Source: Candidatus Komeilibacteria bacterium RIFOXYD1_FULL_37_29 (GTDB lineage: Bacteria; Patescibacteriota; Patescibacteriia; UBA1558; GWA2-36-10). Taken from it: DNA of 64,000 nucleotides. Location of the stretch: positions 116,188 through 180,187 of the forward strand of contig MHKS01000005.1 in the NCBI GenBank assembly GCA_001818495.1, written 5' to 3'. Shown here piece after piece: positions 40,504 to 49,576 of this stretch (position 1 is its first letter; every line of letters starts with the position of its first letter). The notes beneath the pieces were generated by a model. It saw only the letters and a program-made list of their open reading frames with translations, was not told the origin of the DNA and searched no databases. The position numbers and the translations under genes are program-made.

Positions 40504-40678
40504 TATAGAATAATATAATTTATTGTAGATTACCTGGAAGTATAAAATATCTTAAGTAAAAGAATTAGATAATACCTATAGAAAGTAGGTATTTTTTATT
40601 GACCCGTCTACAAGACACATAGTATAATTATTTTACTTATTAAGGTAAGTAAATTTAATAGTCTAACATACAATATAT

Positions 40679-41125
40679 ATGATAATTATTATAGTAGGTT
40701 TTTTGGGAGCGGTAATAAGCGCTATCACTGGAACTCTTTGGTATTCTGGATCAACTCCGATGGGCAAATGGCATATGCAATACCTCGGTTTTGATAAATT
40801 GTCACCAGAAGAAAAGAATAAAATGATAGCTGAGGCAAAACCAAAAATGTGGAAAAGTTATTCTGCTCAAATAATTCTTTCCTTCCTGACGTCTTTTTTC
40901 ATTGCTTTTGTGACCAGCTACACAGTCCAAAATGGGGGACCAGCTAGTGCAGTTTATTATTATATTCCAATGATCTGGATTGCCTTTACTGTTCCGATGA
41001 TTGGACAAAATATCCTTTGGGGAAACCACAGCGGCAGTTTGGCTTGGAAACAATTTTTTTCCGGCAGCTTTTATAATCTAATTACCTTTCTAATCATTGC
41101 CTTTGTCGCTACCCTTTTCTTTTAA
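40679..41125 (+). CDS. hypothetical membrane protein (DUF1761-like)
   Basis: 148 aa with 4 TM helices; a TTGACC-N18-TATAAT promoter lies upstream (about 40600-40635). Confidence 0.4.
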   Translation: MIIIIVGFLGAVISAITGTLWYSGSTPMGKWHMQYLGFDKLSPEEKNKMIAEAKPKMWKSYSAQIILSFLTSFFIAFVTSYTVQNGGPASAVYYYIPMIWIAFTVPMIGQNILWGNHSGSLAWKQFFSGSFYNLITFLIIAFVATLFF

Positions 41126-41155
41126 TCTTTAAAGTCTTGTAAGCCTTACCTCTAG

Positions 41156-41183
41156 AAAAATCGCCTTTTAGGCGATTTTTTGT
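41156..41183 (+). terminator. rho-independent terminator (copy 1 of a duplicated terminator)
   Basis: aaaa-atcgcc-tttta-ggcgat-tttttg. Confidence 0.5.
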
Positions 41184-41205
41184 TTAGTGAAATTTTTTGG
41201 CATTA

Positions 41206-41234
41206 TTTTTTACTCTTGACAAAATTTATTTAAT
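41206..41234 (+). promoter_or_regulatory. consensus sigma70 promoter TTGACA-N17-TGTATAAT
   Basis: 26 of 29 positions are identical to the promoter at 17600. AGGAGG lies 7 nt before ATG 41295. Confidence 0.5.
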
Positions 41235-41294
41235 AGTGTATAATAGCACGAAATAAGAATATTTAAGCACCCAGTACATTAACAGGAGGAGCAA

Positions 41295-41714
41295 ATGAAT
41301 TTTTTAGAGTTTTTAGTTATCGTGACACTGATTTTTCTATTCATCTACATTCCCTTTCTTGGCTATGTCGGGGATAAAGAAATTGGTATTTGTTACCCCT
41401 ATCATGAATTGAGACAGGTTAAAGTAGCGGAAATGGAAATCCTACCACCGGGGTACGGCTGGCATTGGAGCAGTATGGCTAAGTGTATAGCTTATATACC
41501 ATTGGATACTTTCCAAACCACATTGTCTACCGGAGAGGCGATCCGTTACTGGTTTGAGCCACAAGGTCTCAAAGAATATTTGGAAGAAGTTAACATTGGT
41601 CAACTTCATTTTGGTGGATCTTACTTCAAAGATCAACTTCAATACTATGCTCGCCAGGGGATATCGCGCTCATTTTTGGGCGTGGACACTATGTCAGTGA
41701 TATCAAGATTCTAG
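41295..41714 (+). CDS. hypothetical protein (N-terminal TM helix)
   Basis: 139-aa ORF with its own consensus promoter and RBS, followed by two tandem terminators. Confidence 0.4.
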   Translation: MNFLEFLVIVTLIFLFIYIPFLGYVGDKEIGICYPYHELRQVKVAEMEILPPGYGWHWSSMAKCIAYIPLDTFQTTLSTGEAIRYWFEPQGLKEYLEEVNIGQLHFGGSYFKDQLQYYARQGISRSFLGVDTMSVISRF

Positions 41715-41766
41715 ACCGATAGATCATATTGTGTTAAGCGGCGCCAACAAATGCGCCGCTTTTCTA

Positions 41767-41792
41767 AAATCGCCTTTTAGGCGGTTTTTTGC
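41767..41792 (+). terminator. rho-independent terminator (copy 2 of the duplicated terminator)
   Basis: aaaatcgccttttaggcggttttttg, nearly identical to 41156..41183. It is preceded by a second GC hairpin (aagcggcgc-caacaaat-gcgccgctt at 41729-41754). Confidence 0.5.
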
Positions 41793-41828
41793 TATACTTT
41801 TTATATAATCAACCTAAATAATAAAAGC

Positions 41829-42227
41829 ATGAAAGGCTTTAACACCAACATTGAAAAGGATACTTTGGGAAATAAAAATTTCCGCAAAGTACTTTATACT
41901 TCCAAACACAGTCAATTGGTTTTAATGAGTATTGCTCCTGGTTCAGAAATTGGCCTGGAAGTTCATAAGGACAATGATCAATTTTTTCGCTTTGAAAAAG
42001 GATATGGTGAGTGTATTATTGATGGGCATAAATATTTAGTCCAAGATGGTTCAGCTATTGTGGTACCAGCTGGAGCAGAGCACAATATTATAAATGCCTC
42101 TGCTTCAGAAGATTTAAAACTTTATACTATTTACTCTCCGGCTCATCATAAAGATGGTATTGTCCGAGCCACCAAAGAGGAAGCCGAAACCAATGAAGAG
42201 GATTTTGACGGGAAGTTTAGTGAGTAA
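41829..42227 (+). CDS. cupin-domain protein
   Basis: Single cupin beta-barrel motifs (G.E...H......F......GECIIDG......G.AIVVPAGAEHNIIN). Confidence 0.65.
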   Translation: MKGFNTNIEKDTLGNKNFRKVLYTSKHSQLVLMSIAPGSEIGLEVHKDNDQFFRFEKGYGECIIDGHKYLVQDGSAIVVPAGAEHNIINASASEDLKLYTIYSPAHHKDGIVRATKEEAETNEEDFDGKFSE

Positions 42228-42233
42228 AGAGTC

Positions 42234-42971
42234 ATGGAAATAAAATTGATTATTATTTTAATAATTGGTATTGCCTCGGGATTTATTGGCGCCATCGCTG
42301 GTGCTGGTGGATTGATCTCTATATCATTTTTACTTTTTCTAGGCATTCCTCCGCAGATAACACTAGCCACCAATAAATTTGGTGGTATGGGTTTGAGTAT
42401 TGGCGCGCTTTTTAAATTTATAAAAGAAAAGAAAATAATTTGGAGATATGCTATTCTTTTAAGTTTTTTTGGTATTTTAGGGAGTTTATTTGGTTCTTAT
42501 ATTTTAATTAATATAGACCTAGCTTTTTTGCAAAAATTAATAGGAATATTACTGATTGTTTTAGCGCCCACCATTTTTTTTAAAAGAAGTTTCGGCCTAG
42601 AAGAAAAACAAGTATCTAGGCAAAGAGAAATTTTTGGTTGTTTGCTATATTTTTTCGTAGCCATTATTGCCAGTTTTTTTGGGGGCTTAGGTTTTATTAC
42701 TATTAGTATTGTGATTTTCTTTTTTGGTCTTTCTATCATTAGAGCCAATGCGACCGAACTTTTTTCCTACTCGATTTTTTCCTTATCGGCAGTAATAATT
42801 TTTGCTCTACATGGTTTGATTGATTATAAAATTGGCATTGCTCTTTTCTTTGGTATGCTGTTGGGTGGATATTTGGGCGCTCATCTGGCCATTAAGAAAG
42901 GTAATCAATGGGTAAAACTTGTTTTTTCTGTCGTGATTATTATTGCAGCCATTAAGATTTTGTTAAGTTAA
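42234..42971 (+). CDS. TSUP-family (TauE/SafE) anion exporter
   Basis: 245 aa with about 8 TM helices. The GxxxG-rich segments (GFIGAIAGAGGLISISFLLFLGIPPQIATATNKF) are typical of TauE. Confidence 0.7.
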   Translation: MEIKLIIILIIGIASGFIGAIAGAGGLISISFLLFLGIPPQITLATNKFGGMGLSIGALFKFIKEKKIIWRYAILLSFFGILGSLFGSYILINIDLAFLQKLIGILLIVLAPTIFFKRSFGLEEKQVSRQREIFGCLLYFFVAIIASFFGGLGFITISIVIFFFGLSIIRANATELFSYSIFSLSAVIIFALHGLIDYKIGIALFFGMLLGGYLGAHLAIKKGNQWVKLVFSVVIIIAAIKILLS

Positions 42972-42975
42972 CGTT

Positions 42976-43941
42976 ATGAAAATACAGGATAGAATTTACG
43001 GACAAGTAAATATTGAGGAGCTGATTTTATTGGAATTAATGGCTTCAGAGCCGCTACAAAGACTAAAAGGTATTAAGCAGTCTTTATCCAATCAGACGGT
43101 CAGTCGTTATGAGCACTCCCTGGGAGTGATGATTTTGTTGAAAATTTTAAAAGCGCCACTAGAAGAGCAGATTGTTGGCTTACTGCATGACGTACCACAT
43201 ACGGCCTTTTCGCATGTGATTGATTATGTTTTTTCTACGGCTGATCATAGTCACGAATTTCATGAAAAATTTCATGAGCAGATGATAAAAAAATCTGAGA
43301 TTCCCAAAATTTTGGCCAAATATAATTATGATGTTAATAAAATTTTAGATGAAGACAATTTTTCACTACTGGAAAGAAAATTACCAGACTTATGCGCTGA
43401 TAGAATAGACTATTCTTTGCGCGACAGAATAGCCATGGGTGAAGACACTAGTCAAATAGCTACTTATCTTAAAAATCTGATAGTCAAAGCTGATGAAATT
43501 GTTTTTACTGATAAAAATGTAGCCAAAGACTTTGCCCAGGATTATCTGGAGATGGATTATAAGCACTGGTCATCGCCCAGGGAAATAGCACTTTATCAAA
43601 TTTTGGCCAATGCTCTTAAGCTAGCTTTAGAGCACCAGATAATTTCTCAAGCTGATTTATTTTCTGATGATGATTTTGTTTATCAGAAATTACAACACAG
43701 TAAAGATCCAGAAATTTTAAAGTCTTTAGCCAAAATCAGTTCACGGCTTGAGATAATGTCTGATAAAAACAATTATGATTTTTATGCTCGCAATAAACTG
43801 CGTTTTGTTGATCCAAAGTTTCTTGATCCAAGCGGACAACTAGCCAGAGTCAGCCAAGTTTTTCCAAAATTTAAGCAAATATTGGCCAAACATCAGACTT
43901 GGGTCGAAGCCGGTCAATACATTAAAATAGTAGCTTATTAA
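42976..43941 (+). CDS. HD-domain phosphohydrolase
   Basis: H...HDVPHTAFSH...D motif arrangement. Confidence 0.7.
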   Translation: MKIQDRIYGQVNIEELILLELMASEPLQRLKGIKQSLSNQTVSRYEHSLGVMILLKILKAPLEEQIVGLLHDVPHTAFSHVIDYVFSTADHSHEFHEKFHEQMIKKSEIPKILAKYNYDVNKILDEDNFSLLERKLPDLCADRIDYSLRDRIAMGEDTSQIATYLKNLIVKADEIVFTDKNVAKDFAQDYLEMDYKHWSSPREIALYQILANALKLALEHQIISQADLFSDDDFVYQKLQHSKDPEILKSLAKISSRLEIMSDKNNYDFYARNKLRFVDPKFLDPSGQLARVSQVFPKFKQILAKHQTWVEAGQYIKIVAY

Positions 43942-44083
43942 CCTAATTTAAATTTGACAAATTTATTTTTATTACATAATATAGCTAATATGCATAAAAT
44001 ATTACTCGTCATTATTAGCTTGATTATTTTGAGCGGTCCGACCGGCTAGTTTTTTGCTATATTAATTTAAAATAATTTAAAGC

Positions 44084-44108
44084 AACTAGCCTCCGGGCTA
44101 GTTTTTTT
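44084..44108 (+). terminator. rho-independent terminator
   Basis: aactagcc-tccg-ggctagtt followed by TTTTT. Confidence 0.55.
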
Positions 44109-44165
44109 GATAGTTCTTTTCAGTTTGAACATGACAGCACTTACCATAACAGTTAGCAGGAGGTT

Positions 44166-44420
44166 ATGATGCAGGACGCTACTACCCAAAAGACAATTGA
44201 CCAGGGACAGGAAGTTTTGGTCCAACAGGAGGTTACCCGGGAAGTGATTTGTAGTCGTGTCGTGGAATTTCGCGGTACGGATTTGAAAGCAGTTATTGCT
44301 TCTGTGATTTTCGCTTTCGAGTCGGGCGCTTTTCAAGATCTTCCAGATTCTTTTGCTGTCCGGGTGTGTGGCGGAGAACTTTCTCCAGCCAGTCACCGGC
44401 TGTACTCAGCCAGACCCTAA
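44166..44420 (+). CDS. orphan GC-rich small ORF (84 aa), function unknown
   Basis: AGGAGG lies 6 nt upstream of the ATG. About 48% GC in a roughly 35% GC context. It has no homology I can recognise. The competing antisense ORF looks spurious. Confidence 0.3.
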   Translation: MMQDATTQKTIDQGQEVLVQQEVTREVICSRVVEFRGTDLKAVIASVIFAFESGAFQDLPDSFAVRVCGGELSPASHRLYSARP

Positions 44421-44476
44421 GGTTTGACTGCTGTCGTCATTTTTTCAAAAGGCCCTTCGCTGGAGTGGGGGTCTTT

Positions 44477-44893
44477 TTATTTCAGTCCGTGTTTATTAAA
44501 ACATTCAACGTAATCTTTATCAGCTAAGATCACATGCTCTAAAAACCAGTCTTCCAAAAAATCTATTAGTTCAAAAGTGACGTTTTTTTCACCAGCTTGG
44601 TTTTTTTTGTAGATCTGTTGTATTTTTTTGGTAAAAAAATGATGGTGTTTGATGTGTTTGGTCGCATCAGCATAGTGGAATTTTTTAAAATATTTTTCTT
44701 CAGTGGCAAAGTGGTATGTCGAGTATTGTAATAGATCTTTTAAAACCATTTCTGTAGCTTTGGCATCTAGTTTTTCCTCTAGAATAAAGTAGAGGTCGTT
44801 CATTATGCGTATAATATTTTTGTGTTCAGCATCTATTTCTTTGATGCCTAGCTCGTACTCTTTTTTCCACGAAAATAATTTTTCTTTGGGCAT
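44477..44893 (-). CDS. hemerythrin-like metal-binding protein
   Basis: The conserved Fe-ligand pattern is H..(I)..H...E...H..H..D across a four-helix bundle (...IDAEHKNII..., ...HFATEEKYF..., ...HIKHHHFF..., ...FLEDWFLEHVILADKDY). Confidence 0.75.
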   Translation of the reverse strand: MPKEKLFSWKKEYELGIKEIDAEHKNIIRIMNDLYFILEEKLDAKATEMVLKDLLQYSTYHFATEEKYFKKFHYADATKHIKHHHFFTKKIQQIYKKNQAGEKNVTFELIDFLEDWFLEHVILADKDYVECFNKHGLK

Positions 44894-44998
44894 TTTGATA
44901 GTTTATTTTTATTAATTATACAGAAAAAATTAATAAAAAGCTACTTTGTTGTCTATTTTGGAAAAATGTTTAATATTTGCTATAATAGTAGCACCTTT

Positions 44999-46405
44999 AT
45001 GTGTACTAAGCTTATTTATCAGATAGAAAAAATATTTTATCTTTTTATAATTTTTCTGCTAGTTAGCAGTTGGTTTTTTTTGACTTGGCCAAATTGGAAT
45101 GATTTTCGACTCTCTGTTGATAAAGTTTATGCTACAGATACTAATATTTTACCAAGTACTATTGGCGCTTCTGATGATACTGGTGAAACAACGATTAACG
45201 AAATAACCACAGATAATTCTAGTGTCAATCCAGATACATTATCTGCTGTAAATACCAATGATGGTACCTATACTGTAGACAAGAGCAACACCATGCATTT
45301 TTCAGCTTTTAATACTAGTGCTATACCAGCAGCTAATAGCATAACGGCTGTAGTTTTGCATTTGCAGTATGGAGCAGAAAATGGTTATAACGGCACCAAT
45401 AGTGTTTGGTATAATATTGGAGCGGGACAAACGAACACTACTATTACGCCGACTGATATCAGCGGTTGGAGTAGCGATATAACTTATAATTTATATGCGC
45501 AAGGCGTTGATACTTTGACAGAATTGCAAAATTTACAAATGGGTTTCACATCCAATGATGGCGGAGGAGCTGACGCTGTTCATTTTGATTATTTATGGGT
45601 TACTGTGACTCACACCAATACCGCACCAAGCGCTCCTTCTCAAAACAACCCTACTAACGGACAAACTGGAGTATCCACTACTCCTACTTTTACTATGACA
45701 GCCACCGATCCAGATGGAAATAATATTGGTTATAAAGTTACCATTTATTCAAACAGTGCTTGTACAACTGTAGTGAGTACTCATGATCAAGCAGTGAATT
45801 CTACTGGTTGGGCCGGCACTAACAGTAGTTGCACTGCCAGTCCGAATAGCTGTTATACTTCGGGTACGCAAGGGAGTTTTGCTTTGCAAGCCGGAGACGT
45901 TTTGACTGTTTCTACTCAATATTGGTGGAAAGCTTCGGCTAAAGATCCAGATGGTGTAGGTGGTTTCACAGATTCAGCCACTTGTAATAGTTTTACTACT
46001 AATGCTGGCATATCTATTTCTTTATCAACTGATGGTTCAGTATCTTTTGGTGGTTTGGGGTTAGAAGCTATTTCAGATACTACAGCCGGTGGGATAAATG
46101 ATGTTGAAACAGTATCAGTTGATTCGGGGCCGGCTGATTTAAATATAAAAAGTACTGTTTTTGCGGAAGGAGCTAATACTTGGACTTTAGATACAACCAA
46201 TGGCTCTAACCAAGTGCAATGGGAATTTTCTCCCGATGGTTCTTCTTGGACTACCTTTGCCATAGCTGATACTGAATATAGTTTAGCTACTAATGTTAGC
46301 CAAGGTAATACACAAGATGTTTATTTCAGAATCAACATGCCCATTGATACTACTTCATATAATCAATACAGCTCAACGGTAACTATTGTTGCTTCAACTC
46401 CGTAG
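44999..46405 (+). CDS. large secreted Thr/Ser/Asn-rich surface protein with WxL-like C-terminal domain
   Basis: N-terminal TM/signal helix. The C-terminal ~170 aa is paralogous to the next ORF and carries TWTL ... W motifs (ANTWTLDTTNGSNQVQWEF). The start is set at ATG 44999 because the upstream ATG overlaps the promoter. Confidence 0.45.
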   Translation: MCTKLIYQIEKIFYLFIIFLLVSSWFFLTWPNWNDFRLSVDKVYATDTNILPSTIGASDDTGETTINEITTDNSSVNPDTLSAVNTNDGTYTVDKSNTMHFSAFNTSAIPAANSITAVVLHLQYGAENGYNGTNSVWYNIGAGQTNTTITPTDISGWSSDITYNLYAQGVDTLTELQNLQMGFTSNDGGGADAVHFDYLWVTVTHTNTAPSAPSQNNPTNGQTGVSTTPTFTMTATDPDGNNIGYKVTIYSNSACTTVVSTHDQAVNSTGWAGTNSSCTASPNSCYTSGTQGSFALQAGDVLTVSTQYWWKASAKDPDGVGGFTDSATCNSFTTNAGISISLSTDGSVSFGGLGLEAISDTTAGGINDVETVSVDSGPADLNIKSTVFAEGANTWTLDTTNGSNQVQWEFSPDGSSWTTFAIADTEYSLATNVSQGNTQDVYFRINMPIDTTSYNQYSSTVTIVASTP

Positions 46406-46481
46406 TATTTTTGTATATTATTAAAATTATGGTATAATACATTTAGTTAAATAGTTAAAAAATATAAAATAAACAAAAAAT

Positions 46482-46994
46482 ATGAGAAAGATTTTATCTT
46501 TATTTACAATGTCACTACTAATCACTTTTTCTTTTGGGGTAGTTACTCAAGCTGCCACAGAAGGGACAGTCACTGCTACGGTTACGGCTCAAAATGTAGC
46601 GGTTACAGTTTCTGACGGATCTATTACTTATGGGACCCTGGCTCTCTCTGGTACAGCCAACACAAATGCTGGCGGGTTAAATGATAGTCAGACAGCTACT
46701 AACACGGGTAATGTTTCATCGGATCTTGATATTAAAAGTCAAAACGGTACCGGGGGTACTGCTTGGACTTTAGCTGGTAGCATAGGGGCTGATCAATATA
46801 GGCATGATTTTTGTATTACAGATTGTGATGGTACTCCAACATGGGTGGCTATGACAACTGTTTATCAAACCCTCGCCTCTGGAGTTGCCGGTTCAGGCAC
46901 GCAAGTATTTGATACTAGAATTTCAATTCCATCATCATCTACCGATTATGTACAAAAATCAGTAGACGTTTTTGTACAAATATCGGCCGCTTAA
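46482..46994 (+). CDS. secreted WxL-like domain protein
   Basis: Signal peptide (…VTQAATEG). Paralogue of the C-terminal domain of the preceding protein (LDIKSQNGTGGTAWTLAGS...TPTWVAM). Confidence 0.45.
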   Translation: MRKILSLFTMSLLITFSFGVVTQAATEGTVTATVTAQNVAVTVSDGSITYGTLALSGTANTNAGGLNDSQTATNTGNVSSDLDIKSQNGTGGTAWTLAGSIGADQYRHDFCITDCDGTPTWVAMTTVYQTLASGVAGSGTQVFDTRISIPSSSTDYVQKSVDVFVQISAA

Positions 46995-47016
46995 TAAATT
47001 AGTTTTATTTCTAGCT

Positions 47017-47616
47017 ATGAAAAAAATAACTCTCGGGGTCTTTCTAGTAGCACTTTTTTTAGTGCCGGCTATTGTTTTAGCTAGAGTTGGTGTGGGCGTC
47101 GGCACTGGTAAAATAATTATTGAAGAGGGCTTAAACCCTGGGCAGTCTTATTTGTTGCCCAATTTTTCAGTTAGTAATACCGGGGACGAAGTGGCCAATT
47201 ATGCTTCTGGTATTGAGTATAAACAAGGTATAAAAGAACTGAATCCAGATAAAGAATGGTTTTCTATAGAACCAAGGGTATTTAGATTAGAACCAGGCGA
47301 TATGCAAAATGTTGAGGTAAGATTAAATATTCCCATTAAAGTAACGCCGGGAGATTATTTTGCTTTTGTAGAGGCACATCCAGTTGTAGATACTAAGACC
47401 CCAGGAGCTAATATTAATGTTGCTGCAGCTTCTAAACTTTATTTTACAATTAAGCCAGCCAACATTTTCCAAGGAATATACTATAAGACAGTTTCATTTT
47501 TTGTAGATAACGCTCCTTGGACCTACATAGTATTGGGAGTGTTAATTTTAGCATTAATTGTTACATTTTTCAGACAGAAGTTTAACTTTAATATTAGTAT
47601 CGGTAAGAAAAAATAG
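47017..47616 (+). CDS. DUF916-like cell-surface protein with C-terminal TM anchor
   Basis: Signal peptide, a beta-rich domain (LNPGQSYLLPNFSVSNTGDEVANY...EPGDMQNVEVRLNIPIKVTPGDYFAFVEAHPV), a C-terminal TM helix, and a KK tail. This is the architecture of the anchored partner in WxL loci. Confidence 0.35.
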   Translation: MKKITLGVFLVALFLVPAIVLARVGVGVGTGKIIIEEGLNPGQSYLLPNFSVSNTGDEVANYASGIEYKQGIKELNPDKEWFSIEPRVFRLEPGDMQNVEVRLNIPIKVTPGDYFAFVEAHPVVDTKTPGANINVAAASKLYFTIKPANIFQGIYYKTVSFFVDNAPWTYIVLGVLILALIVTFFRQKFNFNISIGKKK

Positions 47617-47629
47617 TTTTAATGAAGCC

Positions 47630-48712
47630 ATGACTAAACATTTACAGACAATGCTGTATTTATTCCCTCTATTTTTAGTGGGAATATTTTTTATTGTTAT
47701 AGATGTTTTGGCTCAGCAATCAACGGTTAGCGCTATCGTTAAAATTAGTGTCTGTGGTAATAATATTTATGAAGCCGGAGAAAGTTGTGATAATACTGAT
47801 TTTGGTGGGCGATCTTGCAGTAATTACGGATTCAATTCTGGTAGTTTGGCTTGTAACCCAGACTGTACCGTGAATACAGCTTCTTGCAGTAATGCTACGG
47901 TCAATCCGCCCGGTGGAGGTGGCAGCGGTGGTGGGGGAGGAGTTGTTGTTAAACCAACACAGGCTAGTGTTATTTTTTCAGGTAGAGCCTATCCATTGAG
48001 TGCTGTTAGTATATTGAGAGATGGGCAACTAGCGGTTACTACCATTGCTGGTCCCAATGCCGAGTTTAAAGTTACTTTAGCAGGGCTTTCTACAGGTAAT
48101 TATAATTTTTCTGTCTATAGCGAGGATAAGTATGATAATCGCTCCACTTTATTTTCTTTTCCAGTTTATGTTAGTGCTGGTTCCAGTACTGATATTAGTG
48201 GTATATTTTTGGCTCCCACTATTGATGTTGATAAAACTAGTGTTAAATATGGTGAAGATATAGCTATTTTTGGTCAAACTGTACCGGAAGGCACAGTAAC
48301 TATTAGTGTCAATTCTCCTCAAGAGCATTTTAAAAATGTTCGCTCTGGTGCCGATGGAGCATATTTATATTATTTTGATACCGCCGTTTTAGAGCTGGGT
48401 GAACATCACACTAAGGCCAAAGCCAAGCTTAAAAATGAAGTAAGTTCCTTTGGGTATGTTGTTAATTTTGTGGTTATTGATACTAATAGTCCAGATTCTG
48501 GTGGCATAGTTGGTAATAAACCCGATAATAAAAAAGAGGAGAAGGTTTATAAAGGAGATTCTAATAAAGATAGTCGTGTAAATTTGGTAGATTTTTCCAT
48601 TGTGGCTTATTGGTACAATAGATCCAATCCGCCAGCTGGCGCTGATTTAAACAATGATGGACAAGTTAATTTGGTAGATTTGTCAATCATGGCTTATTAT
48701 TGGACAGGTTAA
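47630..48712 (+). CDS. secreted protein with Cys-rich module and C-terminal type-I dockerin domain
   Basis: Signal peptide, a Cys-rich N-module, a poly-Gly linker, and a beta-sandwich region. The C-terminal duplicated Ca-binding segments GDSNKDSRVNLVDFSIVAYWY / ADLNNDGQVNLVDLSIMAYYW (about 48554-48709) make up the dockerin. Confidence 0.6.
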   Translation: MTKHLQTMLYLFPLFLVGIFFIVIDVLAQQSTVSAIVKISVCGNNIYEAGESCDNTDFGGRSCSNYGFNSGSLACNPDCTVNTASCSNATVNPPGGGGSGGGGGVVVKPTQASVIFSGRAYPLSAVSILRDGQLAVTTIAGPNAEFKVTLAGLSTGNYNFSVYSEDKYDNRSTLFSFPVYVSAGSSTDISGIFLAPTIDVDKTSVKYGEDIAIFGQTVPEGTVTISVNSPQEHFKNVRSGADGAYLYYFDTAVLELGEHHTKAKAKLKNEVSSFGYVVNFVVIDTNSPDSGGIVGNKPDNKKEEKVYKGDSNKDSRVNLVDFSIVAYWYNRSNPPAGADLNNDGQVNLVDLSIMAYYWTG

Positions 48713-48715
48713 AAT

Positions 48716-49576
48716 ATGTTTAAGATTGTTATAATTACATCCAGTTTATTTATATTTTTTGTTTGCTTCGGCGTTTCTGTCCAGGCGGCTGATTTATTTT
48801 TTTATTCAGAAAGTAATACTATTAAAACCGGTAAATTTTTTGAATTAGATGTTTTATTTAACTCGCCAGACGATATGATTAATGCTTTGGAGGGCGAGTT
48901 ATATTTTCCGCAAAATTTATTAAGTGTCATTGATATTCGTGAAAATAATTCTATTATAAATTTTTGGCTGGAAAAGCCAGTTGTCTCAGCTAATAAAATA
49001 AAATTTTCCGGCATCATTCCCGGTGGTTACCAAGGGCAAGGAAATTTATTTAAGGTAATATTTAGAGCTGATAATTCCGGGAAAGGTCAAATAGCTGCTT
49101 CTGATGTGCGAATATTATTGAATGATGGTTATGGTACGGATGTAGCGGTTAGTATCGAACCATTTGATATTGATATTTCAGAAGAAACTGTATCGCCAGA
49201 AGATATTTTAGTAGTTGATATTTCTGATCAATATCCGCCCGAACCATTTACACCGATTATTACAAAAATATCGGATATAGGCGGAGATAATTATTTGCTT
49301 ATATTTGCCACTCAAGACAAGAGTTCGGGCATTGATTATTATCAGATCAAGGAAGGGTATAGTCCTTTTATTGATGCAACCAGCCCCTATATTCTAAGAA
49401 ATCAATCTTTGGATAAAAAAATTATTATCAAAGCTGTTGATAAATCTGGCAATATTCGCCAGGTCAGCATAGCGCCAGTTTATCTTAATCATTGGTATGA
49501 AAATTTTGTATTTTTTGCTATAATAGTAGCAGTCGCAGGTTTGCTTATTGTGGGCCGAATTAGATGGAAAAAATAA
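48716..49576 (+). CDS. membrane-anchored cohesin-domain protein
   Basis: Signal peptide. The domain FELDVLFNSPDDMINALEGELYFPQNLLSVIDI...IKFSGIIPGGYQGQGNLFKVIFRADNSGKGQIAASDVRILLNDGYGTDV matches the cohesin pattern. There is a C-terminal TM helix with an RWKK tail. Confidence 0.55.
   Translation: MFKIVIITSSLFIFFVCFGVSVQAADLFFYSESNTIKTGKFFELDVLFNSPDDMINALEGELYFPQNLLSVIDIRENNSIINFWLEKPVVSANKIKFSGIIPGGYQGQGNLFKVIFRADNSGKGQIAASDVRILLNDGYGTDVAVSIEPFDIDISEETVSPEDILVVDISDQYPPEPFTPIITKISDIGGDNYLLIFATQDKSSGIDYYQIKEGYSPFIDATSPYILRNQSLDKKIIIKAVDKSGNIRQVSIAPVYLNHWYENFVFFAIIVAVAGLLIVGRIRWKK

Noticed and set aside
44067-44396. 109-aa minus-strand ORF overlapping the GC-rich orphan ORF
   Set aside because: It runs through the terminator and AT-rich spacer, and lacks an RBS. 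The plus-strand ORF has AGGAGG perfectly spaced.
44110-44460. Possibility that the GC-rich island is a structured RNA (tmRNA, RNase P RNA, SRP RNA) or a second DGR variable repeat
   Set aside because: I could not find tmRNA tRNA-like ends, the RNase P P4 consensus, or the SRP domain IV motif. The shared 10-mer with the TR (ttcgctttcg) is within chance expectation for a 128-kb search space, and the flanking sequence is not colinear with the TR.
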